Made by a program: the position numbers and the translations under genes. A stretch of 64,000 nt of DNA, taken from assembly GCA_039198355.1 (NCBI GenBank), contig JBCCTO010000012.1, positions 8,621 through 72,620 on the forward strand, read 5' to 3'. Origin of the DNA: Pseudomonadota bacterium. Its GTDB lineage: Bacteria; Pseudomonadota; Alphaproteobacteria; Rhizobiales; Rhizobiaceae. The number at the start of each line of letters is the position of its first letter. Position 1 is the stretch's first letter. The notes below the pieces were generated by a model. The model worked only from the letters and a program-made list of their open reading frames with translations. It had not been told where the DNA came from and ran no database searches. Positions 26,573-37,100 of this stretch are shown piece after piece.

Positions 26573-28345
26573 CTAGGGTTCAATGTTCAGCGTGATGGGC
26601 CGCTGATGGCGGGTGTGGCGGATCTGGTTGTGGTCGAAAACAGATACCCACGCGTAGAGGCGTGTGCCGGGGATAAAGGCGGTGTCGAAGGCGCTTTTTG
26701 TGTCCAGTTTGCGGGCCACCTCCAGCGTCCAGACACCGTCTTTCCATTGAGCCCCAGAGCTTAGATCGGCCCGGTCACCCGCATAGGAGTGGATGTTGAG
26801 GGTGGAAGGCAAGATGGTGCCAATGGGAATGGCGGCGTCCAGTGCCGGATCGTAGGGGATGGAATTTTCCCGCGTAAACCACCATTGGCTGCCCTCGTCG
26901 TTCTGTCCGTCAGCATGGGTGGGCACCGTGCCCAATTGCACCCGCATGGCAGCCAAATCGAGGGGTAGGCGTTTTATAGCCACTGGGCCGTTATAGGCGG
27001 CGCGGGTGGGTGTTTTGTAATTGTATTCGTAGATTTTCTTGCCTGGATCGGCGTCATAGCCGGCGGCGTAACGTTTATCCCCAAGCTTTTGGGCGGCACT
27101 GGCGGCTTTGGGTGGGCCAATGTGCATGTCGTCGGTGTGGCCCAACAGGCCACCCCGCGTGGCCTTCCACTGCCACAGGTCGAGCATGCGCCCGTCATCG
27201 GTATAGTGCATTCCGCGACGGTGGGGAGATTTGGCATAGGTGGGCAGGGGGTCCTCACCCAGAAAGGTGGAGCCAGCCCCACCGGCTTTGTCCGCATGGG
27301 CGAAGAGGACCGCGAATTTATCTTCATAATAGTCCACCACATCCGCCTCCGCGGCGCGCTTGGCCATGACATGCCAGCCATCCGCTTTTTTAATGAGGGG
27401 ATTGCGCATGAGAGAGCGGGTGGGGTCTTGCCATTGGAAAGCAAAATAGATGTTGGTTTCATCACGCACCGCCCGGGTGGTGACCTGCGATATGCCCTCT
27501 CCGGGATTGGTTGCACCGAGATTTGCGCCCTGATGGGTGCGGGTGGTGGCAGGCCTTGCCCATTCCCACGCGGGGTCATCCAAAACGCCATCAAGGGCTG
27601 GGGCAGTTTTCACTTTTGCGACATTGATCGTGTCACGGATGCCCATGTCTGCGGCGTAGAGGCCGCCAGCAACCACTGTGCCCATACCCAAAGCAAAGGC
27701 CATGGGCCATGTCTTTGAGTCGGGCGTTTGCGCCAGGGGGCGAGGTCGAAACAGGCGCAAAAGCTGCGCAATGCCACCGTATAAAAAATGGGCGAGGGTG
27801 TGGATGGCGATGTAAAACACCATGGTCCAAGCCAAGGCCCGATGGACTGTGAGGGAAAGCCCGCCATGGCCCAGATAAAGCAGAACGCCCGTAACCGTCA
27901 GCGCAGCAATGGCGCCGTATGCTAACCAGTGGAGAGCTACATTGATGGCGCGCCAGCGCAGCCTTTTATTGGTGGGCGGGGTGAGGGTTTTGAACCGTCT
28001 TGGGCCATTGCGTGCGCCCAGATCACCCCGGCGCAAGTAGATATAATAGGCCCCCACGGTGAAGGTGAGAAGGAGAGAAGCCAACAGGTGCCATGTCCAC
28101 ACTTCCCCTTGGGGTAGTACTGCTGTCACGGCGGCGGCCCATGGCGCGTTCATGCCGTCGGCAGAAATGCGTAGGCCTGTCAGCAGGCTCGCTACCATTG
28201 AGATCACTGCAAGCCAGTGCAGCACGATCGTGCCGCCATCGCTGCCCAGTTTTTCGGGCGCGGGCGGTTTTGGCTTAACAAAGGTCACGCCATCGGCGTG
28301 GTCCATGGCATCGCGCACCGGCTTGGTAAAATGTGAATCGTTCAT
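26573..28345 (-). CDS. membrane cytochrome b (b561/Ni-hydrogenase-type, 4 TM) fused to a periplasmic ethylbenzene-dehydrogenase-gamma/DOMON-like haem domain
   Basis: ORF 26573..28375 (GTG); ATG 28345 (MNDSHF) is preferred. The N-terminal half has His-bearing TM helices (IVLHWLAVISMVASLL, NVALHWLAYGAIA, IAIHTLAHFLYGG). The C-terminal half has VKTAPALDGVLDDPAWEWA...IYFAFQWQDPTRS. Confidence 0.7.
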   Translation of the reverse strand: MNDSHFTKPVRDAMDHADGVTFVKPKPPAPEKLGSDGGTIVLHWLAVISMVASLLTGLRISADGMNAPWAAAVTAVLPQGEVWTWHLLASLLLTFTVGAYYIYLRRGDLGARNGPRRFKTLTPPTNKRLRWRAINVALHWLAYGAIAALTVTGVLLYLGHGGLSLTVHRALAWTMVFYIAIHTLAHFLYGGIAQLLRLFRPRPLAQTPDSKTWPMAFALGMGTVVAGGLYAADMGIRDTINVAKVKTAPALDGVLDDPAWEWARPATTRTHQGANLGATNPGEGISQVTTRAVRDETNIYFAFQWQDPTRSLMRNPLIKKADGWHVMAKRAAEADVVDYYEDKFAVLFAHADKAGGAGSTFLGEDPLPTYAKSPHRRGMHYTDDGRMLDLWQWKATRGGLLGHTDDMHIGPPKAASAAQKLGDKRYAAGYDADPGKKIYEYNYKTPTRAAYNGPVAIKRLPLDLAAMRVQLGTVPTHADGQNDEGSQWWFTRENSIPYDPALDAAIPIGTILPSTLNIHSYAGDRADLSSGAQWKDGVWTLEVARKLDTKSAFDTAFIPGTRLYAWVSVFDHNQIRHTRHQRPITLNIEP

Positions 28346-28386
28346 GGAACGGGCCCTAAAATGAATCAGAGACACATTATAAAATG

Positions 28387-28399
28387 CAACCTATAGTTG
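28387..28399. promoter_or_regulatory. 13-bp palindromic motif CAACCTATAGTTG, site 2 (upstream of the cytochrome b-DOMON operon)
   Basis: Identical 13-mer to site 1. On the gene strand it sits between a TTGCAA-like -35 and a perfect TATAAT (28382-28377). Confidence 0.6.
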
Positions 28400-28413
28400 C
28401 AATAGAAAATTTA

Positions 28414-30111
28414 CTAATTTGAAGCGATGTGTTCGCCTGCAGCCAAAAAGCGGGTGATGGCTGTTAAATTCTCTGGTGGCAACGGCCGGGAATGGACGAA
28501 CCCCTGAACACCGCAATCATAGGGTTTCAACATAGCCAGTTGCACTTCATCCTCGATCCCCTCAACGGTGATGGCCCCCCCCAGTTCACTGCCCAAATGG
28601 AGGATGGCACGCACAATGGCACAGGCTTTGGGGTCGTGGGGAAGACCATCGGAGATGGATTTGTCGATCTTGATTTTATCGACGGACAATCGCGTAAGAT
28701 TGCTGAGCGATGTGAAACCTGCCCCAAAATCGTCCATAGCCACACTGACGCCGATGGCGCGCAATCGTGCGATAATGCGCTGGCTGCGGTCGAAATTTTC
28801 AATCAACGCATCTTCGGTGATTTCTATTTCCAACCGGCCCGGGTCGATGCGGGCGCGACGCACGGTTTCGCGCACCATGTCCACCAGTTCACCGGTTAAC
28901 TGCTCCGGCAAAACATTGATGGCGAAGGAAATGCGCTCGGGCCAGCGGGTCATTTCGGCAAGGCAATGCTCCATGACCGCATAGGTTAAAGGCGCCAGCA
29001 TTTTTCGACTGCGGGCGATGGAGATGATGTGGGGGGGAATGACATAGCCTAATTTGGGGTGGGTCCACCGAATGAGCGCTTCAAAGCTCAATAGTTTACC
29101 CGTCTGGGCATGGATGACCGGTTGAAAATGGGGGGCGATGGCCCCTTGGGTGAGAGCGGCTGCAAAGTCTTGCGACAGGGCAATCCGTCTCTCCTTCTGG
29201 ACGGCCAAGTCCTGATTGAAAATAATGGGTTGGCTCTTCTCCTCTGCCTTTTCCACAGCAAGGCCAAGGGCTTGCATCAATTCCAAGGCGTTATTTCCGT
29301 GGGCTGGATAGGTCGCTAAACCCACTGCTGCGGGGCGGTGGGGATTGCGCTCGCCCAAGCAACGGCGGCTCACCTGCGCCAATTGGCGAAGGTTATGGCG
29401 TGCTTCCTCATCCTCCTCTTCGAGACCATCAGGGGGGGCATGGCGCAGGGGACAGGCTATCCGAATGCTGCGTTGACAGGGGCCGAGGCCGAGGACAATT
29501 CTTTCGCCAAGATCATGGGAAAGGCGCTCGCTCACGGCGATGAGATCATCTACCCGGCTCTCATGTTCTTCGTTGCTGGACCAGTCCTGTGGGCCTTGCG
29601 ATGTCATGGCCATGCGCGGCAGGCGGATCATGCCCAGCCATGCCCTTTGATGGGCATGTAACATGCGCTCCATTGCCTGCTGGAACGGGGCGGTCAACAA
29701 AAGGCCTGTTTGAGGATCGCGGGTTCTGGCATGGGCCAGGGCTTGGGCGGTCTGAGTGAGTTGTGTGCGATCTTCAACTTCAAGCAAGGTGACGTGGGGT
29801 TGTATAGGCCACCGGCGGCCGCGTAGATGAAAAACTTTGCCGCGTGTGTGAAGGGTCGTCGTACCCCCTTCGGGACCAAACAGAGCTTCATGATTGTTGA
29901 GACCTGCCAAATGGTCAATCAGCATGCGGCCGTTCAAAGGTGGGCACAGGCGCAGACATTGGGCGAAGGCGCGGTTGGCTGTGACGATTTCAAACCCCTC
30001 GCACAGAGCCATAGGTTGCACAATGTCCCCATAGGCCAGCTGAAATTGTGCTGCGATGGCCTGCCGACGCTGCCGGGGTGTGGCGGTGAGTTCCTGTAGA
30101 AATGGCATCAC
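28414..30111 (-). CDS. c-di-GMP phosphodiesterase: N-terminal sensory region, degenerate GGDEF-like middle, EAL domain
   Basis: EAL signature blocks are present: FEALIRW, NVLPEQL, EITED, DDFGAGFTSLSNL, KIDKS and EGIED. No GGDEF/GGEEF motif was seen in the middle domain. Confidence 0.85.
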   Translation of the reverse strand: MMPFLQELTATPRQRRQAIAAQFQLAYGDIVQPMALCEGFEIVTANRAFAQCLRLCPPLNGRMLIDHLAGLNNHEALFGPEGGTTTLHTRGKVFHLRGRRWPIQPHVTLLEVEDRTQLTQTAQALAHARTRDPQTGLLLTAPFQQAMERMLHAHQRAWLGMIRLPRMAMTSQGPQDWSSNEEHESRVDDLIAVSERLSHDLGERIVLGLGPCQRSIRIACPLRHAPPDGLEEEDEEARHNLRQLAQVSRRCLGERNPHRPAAVGLATYPAHGNNALELMQALGLAVEKAEEKSQPIIFNQDLAVQKERRIALSQDFAAALTQGAIAPHFQPVIHAQTGKLLSFEALIRWTHPKLGYVIPPHIISIARSRKMLAPLTYAVMEHCLAEMTRWPERISFAINVLPEQLTGELVDMVRETVRRARIDPGRLEIEITEDALIENFDRSQRIIARLRAIGVSVAMDDFGAGFTSLSNLTRLSVDKIKIDKSISDGLPHDPKACAIVRAILHLGSELGGAITVEGIEDEVQLAMLKPYDCGVQGFVHSRPLPPENLTAITRFLAAGEHIASN

Positions 30112-30145
30112 GGCTTTCTCCTTCGTGAGTCATTTCAGCAATATA

Positions 30146-30158
30146 CAACTATGGGTTG
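30146..30158. promoter_or_regulatory. 13-bp palindromic motif, site 3 (CAACTATGGGTTG; reverse complement CAACCCATAGTTG), 35-38 bp upstream of the EAL gene
   Basis: One mismatch to sites 1 and 2. The flanks match site 1 (TTCAACCCATAGTTGTAT). Confidence 0.55.
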
Positions 30159-30286
30159 AAATTTTTGTAAAAGATGAAGGGCATCCCATTGTGGATGAAG
30201 TCGCCTTCCCAAGTGCGCCGCCTTGCAGGAATGGTAGGAAGGGTACTGGCAAATCACGGGCAGGCGATCCGCAGGCGGGAAAGAGC

Positions 30287-30892
30287 GTGGCAAAACTCTA
30301 TTTCAATTACTCTTCCATGAATGCAGGCAAATCCACCGTGCTGCTTCAGGCTTCCCACAACTATCGGGAGCGGGGCATGCACACGCTGCTTTTAACGGCT
30401 GCCCTGGACGACCGTGTTGGAAGGGGGAAAATTGGCTCCCGGATCGGCTTGACGGCAGATGCGCAGACCTTTGCTCACGAGGATGATTTGTTTGGGCTGG
30501 TGGAGAAGGCCCATGATGAACAAAACCTCAATTGTGTTTTGGTGGATGAGGCCCAGTTTTTATCTGAGAAGCAGGTGTGGCAATTGTGCCGGGTGGCGGA
30601 CCGGCTGGGCATTCCGGTCATGACTTATGGTCTGCGGACTGATTTTCAGGGCAAGCTCTTCCCCGGTAGCGCGGCGCTCTTGGCGCTGGCGGACAGTCTG
30701 CGTGAAATTCGTACCATTTGCTGGTGCGGTCGCAAGGCCACGATGGTGGTGCGCTTGGATGGCGAAGGGCGGGTGATCGATGAGGGCGAGCAGGTCTCCA
30801 TCGGTGGAGAGGAGAGTTATGTCTCCCTGTGCCGCCGCCATTGGGAAGACCGCGATATTGGCCCTTCGAGCCAATTGAAAATGTTCCTATAG
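30287..30892 (+). CDS. tdk: thymidine kinase
   Basis: This is the real part of ORF 30056..30892, starting at GTG 30287 (VAKLYFNYSSMNAGKSTVLLQ, a P-loop). Contains VLVDEAQF and the C-terminal zinc ribbon CWCGRKAT...LCRRH. Confidence 0.9.
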   Translation: MAKLYFNYSSMNAGKSTVLLQASHNYRERGMHTLLLTAALDDRVGRGKIGSRIGLTADAQTFAHEDDLFGLVEKAHDEQNLNCVLVDEAQFLSEKQVWQLCRVADRLGIPVMTYGLRTDFQGKLFPGSAALLALADSLREIRTICWCGRKATMVVRLDGEGRVIDEGEQVSIGGEESYVSLCRRHWEDRDIGPSSQLKMFL

Positions 30893-31177
30893 CACCGATT
30901 ATCGGGTGCGATGGTTGGAGTATGGATTTTCAATCCAGCGTCAAAGAAGCGGTTATCGTTTTAGTTTGAATGGAAATTGCGCTAAAGGCGGTCAATTTTG
31001 CCAAGGCCTTGCTCATGCCATTGGCAAGTTTGGGGCGGCGGTTAAGCGCCCCTTAACCATAAATTTGCACGTTGGAGGCTCCGTCTTCAGGACCGCGCCG
31101 CCCTTGGTGCGTCCGCTATTGGCGGAAGGGCGGACCGCCATCGGGGTGGCCGCAGGGCAAAATGTGTGGGCGTGTTC

Positions 31178-34100
31178 ATGGCCGGTCGTTTCAAATCCAT
31201 CTTCAAATCCTCACCGGAGGCTGTGCCTGTGCCTGTGAAGGAAAAGCCTTTGATGCGGGCACTGGAGCCGCGTATTTTGCTGGATGCCGCAGCCATGGAG
31301 ACCTATGTGGATTTTGCCGGTCGTGCTGCCCACAACCAACTGGCCGACGACTTTCTGGCGGAGCAAAAGGGCCCGGTGGACGCTCCGGCTCCCGCTTCAG
31401 ACAATACTGTCGCTGTGGACAATACGGGCGTCATTGAGCCGGTGGCGGGCGAAGCTTTTGTGACGGAACCCTTAGCGGAAGAAGGTGCGGCGCCCGGTGG
31501 TATCGAACGGGAGATCGTCTTCATCGATGCCGGAGTGCAAAACCCTGACGGCCTGATCGCATCCCTTCAGCCCGGCGTGCGCATCGTTATGCTGGATGCC
31601 GACGAAGACGGCGTTTTGCAAATGGCCTCAGCATTGGAAACCGGTGGGCCTTACGATGCTGTCCATATCTTCTCCCACGGTGCAGCAGGCGCTTTGCAGC
31701 TGGGCAATGGCACACTCAATGAGGCCAGTATTTCCGGAGAGTATCGCGCTGCCCTGATGGGTATCGGGCGCAGTTTGAGCGAGGACGGCGATATTCTCAT
31801 CTACGGGTGTGATTTTGGTCAGGGGGAGCAAGGCCAAAGGGCAGCGGGCCTACTGGCAGGCATAACCGGCGCAGATATTGCGGCCTCGGACGATTTGACG
31901 GGGTCTGAATCCCTCGCCGGGGATTGGGATTTGGAATTGCACCTGGGTCAGGTGGAGACCCCGGCATTCTCGGCGCCGGATTGGGAAGGCATCCTGTCGG
32001 GCTATGTGATCGAAGCGCAGGGCGCGCCGGTGATCGGTCACATCGATGGTGGTATTGTTGGCACGGCCGGTACAACGGCTTTGTGGGCCAATGCGGTGAG
32101 TCTGGACGATGGCATGGGTGGCACCACCCTGTTTGATATTCGCGCCACGCTGATCGGCCAGACGCAATTTGCTGCCACCACGTTTGAGACCACAAATGTG
32201 GACAGTCCAACGGCTGACGACTTTCGCGTGGTGCTCACAAATACGGGTCCACAAGACCCCAATGGTGTTGTGCCCGGTGCCCTTGTGCCGGCGGAAGCAG
32301 CGGTGCGATGGCAAATTTTGGAGGCGGGCACGGACAATCCCGCGCCGCCCGACCAGATCAATATTTTACTCGACGATATTGTCGGCAGGGGCGGCGTCGC
32401 TTTGTCTGACCAGGTGGTCACCGTGGAAGCGCAGGAAATCTCCCGCTACACGGTGGAGAGCAGCAATGATCTGGACATTAGTGGTGACGAGGACGGTTTT
32501 ACCATATCTGGTACCACAGAATTTGCCGACGAACGCGACCAGATTGCCATTGAATGGGAAAGTGCCAACCGCTTCGTGGTTGTCTATCGGTCCACGTCGC
32601 TCATCAACAATTTTGACATGGCCGGAACAGATGATCTCAGTTCCTTCAGCAATCCCGATACGGTGGAAGCGCGCTCCGTTGACCTGAACGGGCCAAGCGA
32701 CCCGGGCAATGACTACACGACGACCTACGTCAATGTGTCCTCGGTGGCGGAAGTGCCTGGCATGCCGGAAACCTTCGACGTGCCGGTTTCCATCACCGAT
32801 CTCGATGTGGAAATTTTCGATCTGGATAACGCCTTTATCGAAGGGGCGACGATCACACTCACCAATGCGCAGGCAGGCGATCAGCTCAATTTTGATACAA
32901 CGCTTTTGAACACGCTGAAGCTGAGTGTGAACAGCTTCACCATTCCCGGGGCACCCGGCAATCCCGATCAAATTGTGGTGGAACTGCAAAACTCGGCGCG
33001 TATTTCCAATTACCTGACGGCCATCCAGTCAATCACTTACTCCAACGGTTTGGCGGATGGTGCCTTTAATACCGGACCCCGTTTCATTGATGTGACCGTC
33101 AGCGACGGCGTGGCGTCATCGTCAGCGACGACCACCGTGTTGGTGGGCTCTGCGGGTCTGGGTCCCATTACGGGCAATACTGTTTATGTGGCGGACGAGG
33201 GTGGGACGATCTCGGCCACTGCTGTCACGGGCATTTTGGGCGATGACCGTGACGGAAATGGCGATGATCTCGATGTCATTACCGTGACCGACGCCATGGG
33301 CGTTGCGCTCATTCCTGAAATGGTGATGGGGGTGTCCACCGGCTATCTGGTCAACCCTACCGATCCCATATCGGGCGAATCCACCTTGACCAATGGAGCG
33401 TCGCTGCGGGTGAATATGGAAGATGGGTCTTTCACTTACACCCCTTCACCATTTTACAATGGCTCGGAAACGTTCGGCTATCAGGCCAGCGATGGCACTT
33501 TCAGCACGGACGGGTTTTTCACCTTTAACATTCAGCCGGTGGCCAACGATGTGACGCTCACAATCATTGGCCCGGACCCGCTCACCGATCCGGGCACGGA
33601 TGAAGACCGACCCACCCAGACCATCTCCGTCAATGCGTCATCGCCCGATGCCAACGAACAGATTTTCTATCTGGCCGATAGCATACCTGTGGGCGTGGTT
33701 CTCACAGATGGTCTCAATCTTTTCCGCTCCACGGACGATGAGCGGGAGGTGGATATTACAAACTGGAACCGCAACGCATTGCGCGTGCTGCCCATCGAAA
33801 ACAGGGATGATGAAATCAGCATCACATTTATTGCCACCAGCGTGGAAGTGGATGGGTCGTTTACCGAAGAATTGGAAGTGGCCACGTTTAAGGTGAACGC
33901 GGTGGCTGACCTGCCCACCCTGATTGTCAATGAAGCGCGGGCCGGGATTGATGAAGATGTGGATCTGTCTTCCATCATCCAGCCTCAGCTTTTCGACACG
34001 GATGGGTCTGAACAATTCACTGATATCACCATTTCGAACATTCCCGCTGGATCGGAAATTCTGGTGGATGGCATTTCGCGCCCCATTGTGGGTGGCGTGG

Positions 34101-37100
34101 TTTCGCTGACGCCCCTTGAACTGCCATTTCTCGTTTTTCGCCCGCCGCAAACCGGTGCCATTGTTACCTATGTGATGCAGGTTTCCGCCACAGCGACGGA
34201 AGTGAACCCCAATGGGGATGTTTCCGTCCTTTCAGCCACCCAAAGCGGCATTGCCCTTGAGGTGACACTGGACAATGTGAGTGAGCCAGTCATCGCCGTG
34301 GACGATACGGCCAGCACGTTTTCCGGCCAGCCGGTGACGATCAATGTGTTGGGCAATGATACGATCAATGATGGCACACCCATCATCACCCAAGTGAACG
34401 GCATTGGCATTGACGTGCCTACCCCAGTCACATTGGCGGGTGGTGAGGGGATTGTGCGCATGGATGGCCTTGGTGCTTTGATCTTCGAACCAAGCCCCAA
34501 TTTCTCCGGCGATGTGAACTTCACCTACACCGTGCAGGATGTGGATTTTGATGAGGATACGGCCAATGTGACAGTATCCGTTTTGCCGCGCTGGCTGATT
34601 TCCAGCAACGGTACGGTGGATGAGGATAGCGGAACGGCGCAGGCGGTGTTCACCATCGAACTGGAGGGGGCCATCGATCAGGGTGATATTATCACCGCCG
34701 ATTTGACCCTCGTGGACGGGAATACCGATGCCGCTGACCGCCAAAGCCTTGCCGATGCCATTGCTGTTTCCATGGCCGGGCCGCCGGTTGAAGAGGATTT
34801 CAGCTTTAACGGCACCACGCTTTCATACTCAGCGCCAGATACCAATTATGACGTGGTGTATGACCCTTCGGGCGGTGGTTTTGTTAACATTCAACCCACC
34901 GGCATTCCTGTGCCCTTGGGTGATGATGGGCTGACCCAGCAATTTCTGGGCTTCAATTTCAAATTCTACGGCGAAACCTACGATCGTATTTTCATTTCTG
35001 CCAATGGCTATATGAGTTTTGAAAATACCACAGCAGCCATCGACGGTGAGACGCTGGATGGGACGGCTCTTGGCGGGCGCACGGTGCTTGCACCCTATTG
35101 GGACGATCTGAACACAACAGCCGGTTCCGTTTTTGTGGAAACCCGCTTCAACGCGCGGGGTCAGCAGGAATTCATCGTGCAATGGCACGATGTGACAAAC
35201 AAACAAGGGGGTGCCGAGCGCGGTACGTTTCAGGCCATTTTAACGGCAGAAACCGGCGAGATCCGCTACAATTATCTGGATGTGGATTTTGCCAATGCGG
35301 GCAGCGATGGCGGCACAGCCACCATTGGATTGCAAAGCGGCAGTGGGGTGGCAGATGAACACGCTCACAATACACCCAGCAGCGTGGTGAGCGGGTCGAG
35401 CCTCACGTTTACGCGGGGTGCTATCTCCAATCCCAGTTTCACCATCAATCTGGACATTTATGACGACCCCAATTTTGAGCTGGCAGAAAATTTTGCCCTG
35501 GAATTCTCCAACCCATCGGGTGCTGCCCTTGGGGATACCCGGGCAAATGTTGTCATCGATGTGAGCGATAACATGGCCCCTGTCGCAGCAGATGATGTGG
35601 CCAGTGTGAGCGAAACGGGCACGGTTATCCTGCAAGTGATTGACCCGAACCCGGGCACAACCGGGGAAGCTGGGGAAGACAGTGACGCTGAAGGCCATGG
35701 GTTGGAACTGGCAACCGTTGAAGGCAATCTTATCAACGGGACAACTATTATCGGCCTGGCAGGTGGCTCCACACTAACGGTGGAACCCGACGGCACGATG
35801 ACCTACGACCCCAATGGCAAGTTCGCCTCCTTGGCTGTGGGCGAAACGGCCACTGAGACCATAACCTATTTTGTAAGGGATGAATTTGGCGAGGTGTCGT
35901 TGACGCCGGGCACATTGACGATCACGATCAATGGTGAAAACCAAACCGCTGAGGTGGATTTGGACGCGGGTACTCCGTCTGTCCAAAACACGATCACCAC
36001 AGACTATCCGCCGACAGCTAACGCCCAGGCGATTTTGGCAGATCCAGCCGTCGTTGTGGATGTGGATGACAGCGACGTCACCGGCATTCGGCTTGATCTT
36101 GGTGGGTTTGTTCAAAGCGGCACCGAGTTTTTGGCGGTCGGGAGCGCCAGTTTCCAGATCAACACCACTCCCGGGCTTCCCTCCACGCAAAATGCCACCA
36201 TTGGCGGGGTAACGCTTGAAATCAGCTATAACGGCTTCGACAGCATATCCCTGGTCCGAGACCCGGCGGGGGAGTTCACCACCGCTGAAGCGGCGGCGAT
36301 TTTGGCGGCAATCACCTACGAAAACACCTCCACCGAAGACACACCGGGCCTGCGCACCGTCGATATCCGCATTGATGACGGGCAGGCCTTGGGCGATCCT
36401 TCTACCGTTTCGGTCATGGTGCTCGGCAATAATGTGGCGCCCAACGCGGTGGATGATGGGGATGTGACACCTTTCCCCGTGGTGGAAGATACGCCCACAG
36501 ACTTCCCTGTGGCCGATCTTCTGGCCAATGATTTTGATACGGATATTGGCGACAGCATTACGTTTGTCTCAGCCCAGGATGGGCCGGATGGTACGGTGAG
36601 CTATGATCCCATGGCGCAAACCATCACCTTTACGCCCAATGCCAATTTTACCGGTCCCACCTCTTTTACCTACACCATTCAAGACAGCCAATTGGTGACA
36701 GCAACCGCGACCGTGTTCGTGGACGTGAACCCCGTTAATGATGCGCCGGATGTGGACTTGAACGGGGTCGATGGCGGCACGGACTATGCCTTTACCTTTG
36801 ATGAAAATGATCCCCTCACGCCCATTGTTGCTAGCGATGCCACGGTGTTTGACATCGATTCTGCCAATTTGACGGGCATGGATATTGTTATGACCGGCGG
36901 GCAGGCTGGCGATATTTTGTGGCCGCTGACCCTGCCAGGCTCGCTCACTCTCACGGCTATTCCACCCAATGTGGAGAGCGGGCTCATCAGCCCCACCACG
37001 GTGACCCTCGAATTACGAGGCAACGCATCGCCAGCAACCTATGACATTGCGCTCAAAATGATCCGCTTTGGCAGCCCGCTGGAAGAGCTGGATGAGACGC

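Noticed and set aside
30906-31238. ORF 30906..31238(+) and neighbouring ORFs in the 285-bp region upstream of the adhesin gene.
   Set aside because: There is no SD, the composition is odd, and the ORF overlaps the adhesin start. This is more likely the promoter/5'-UTR region of the adhesin gene.
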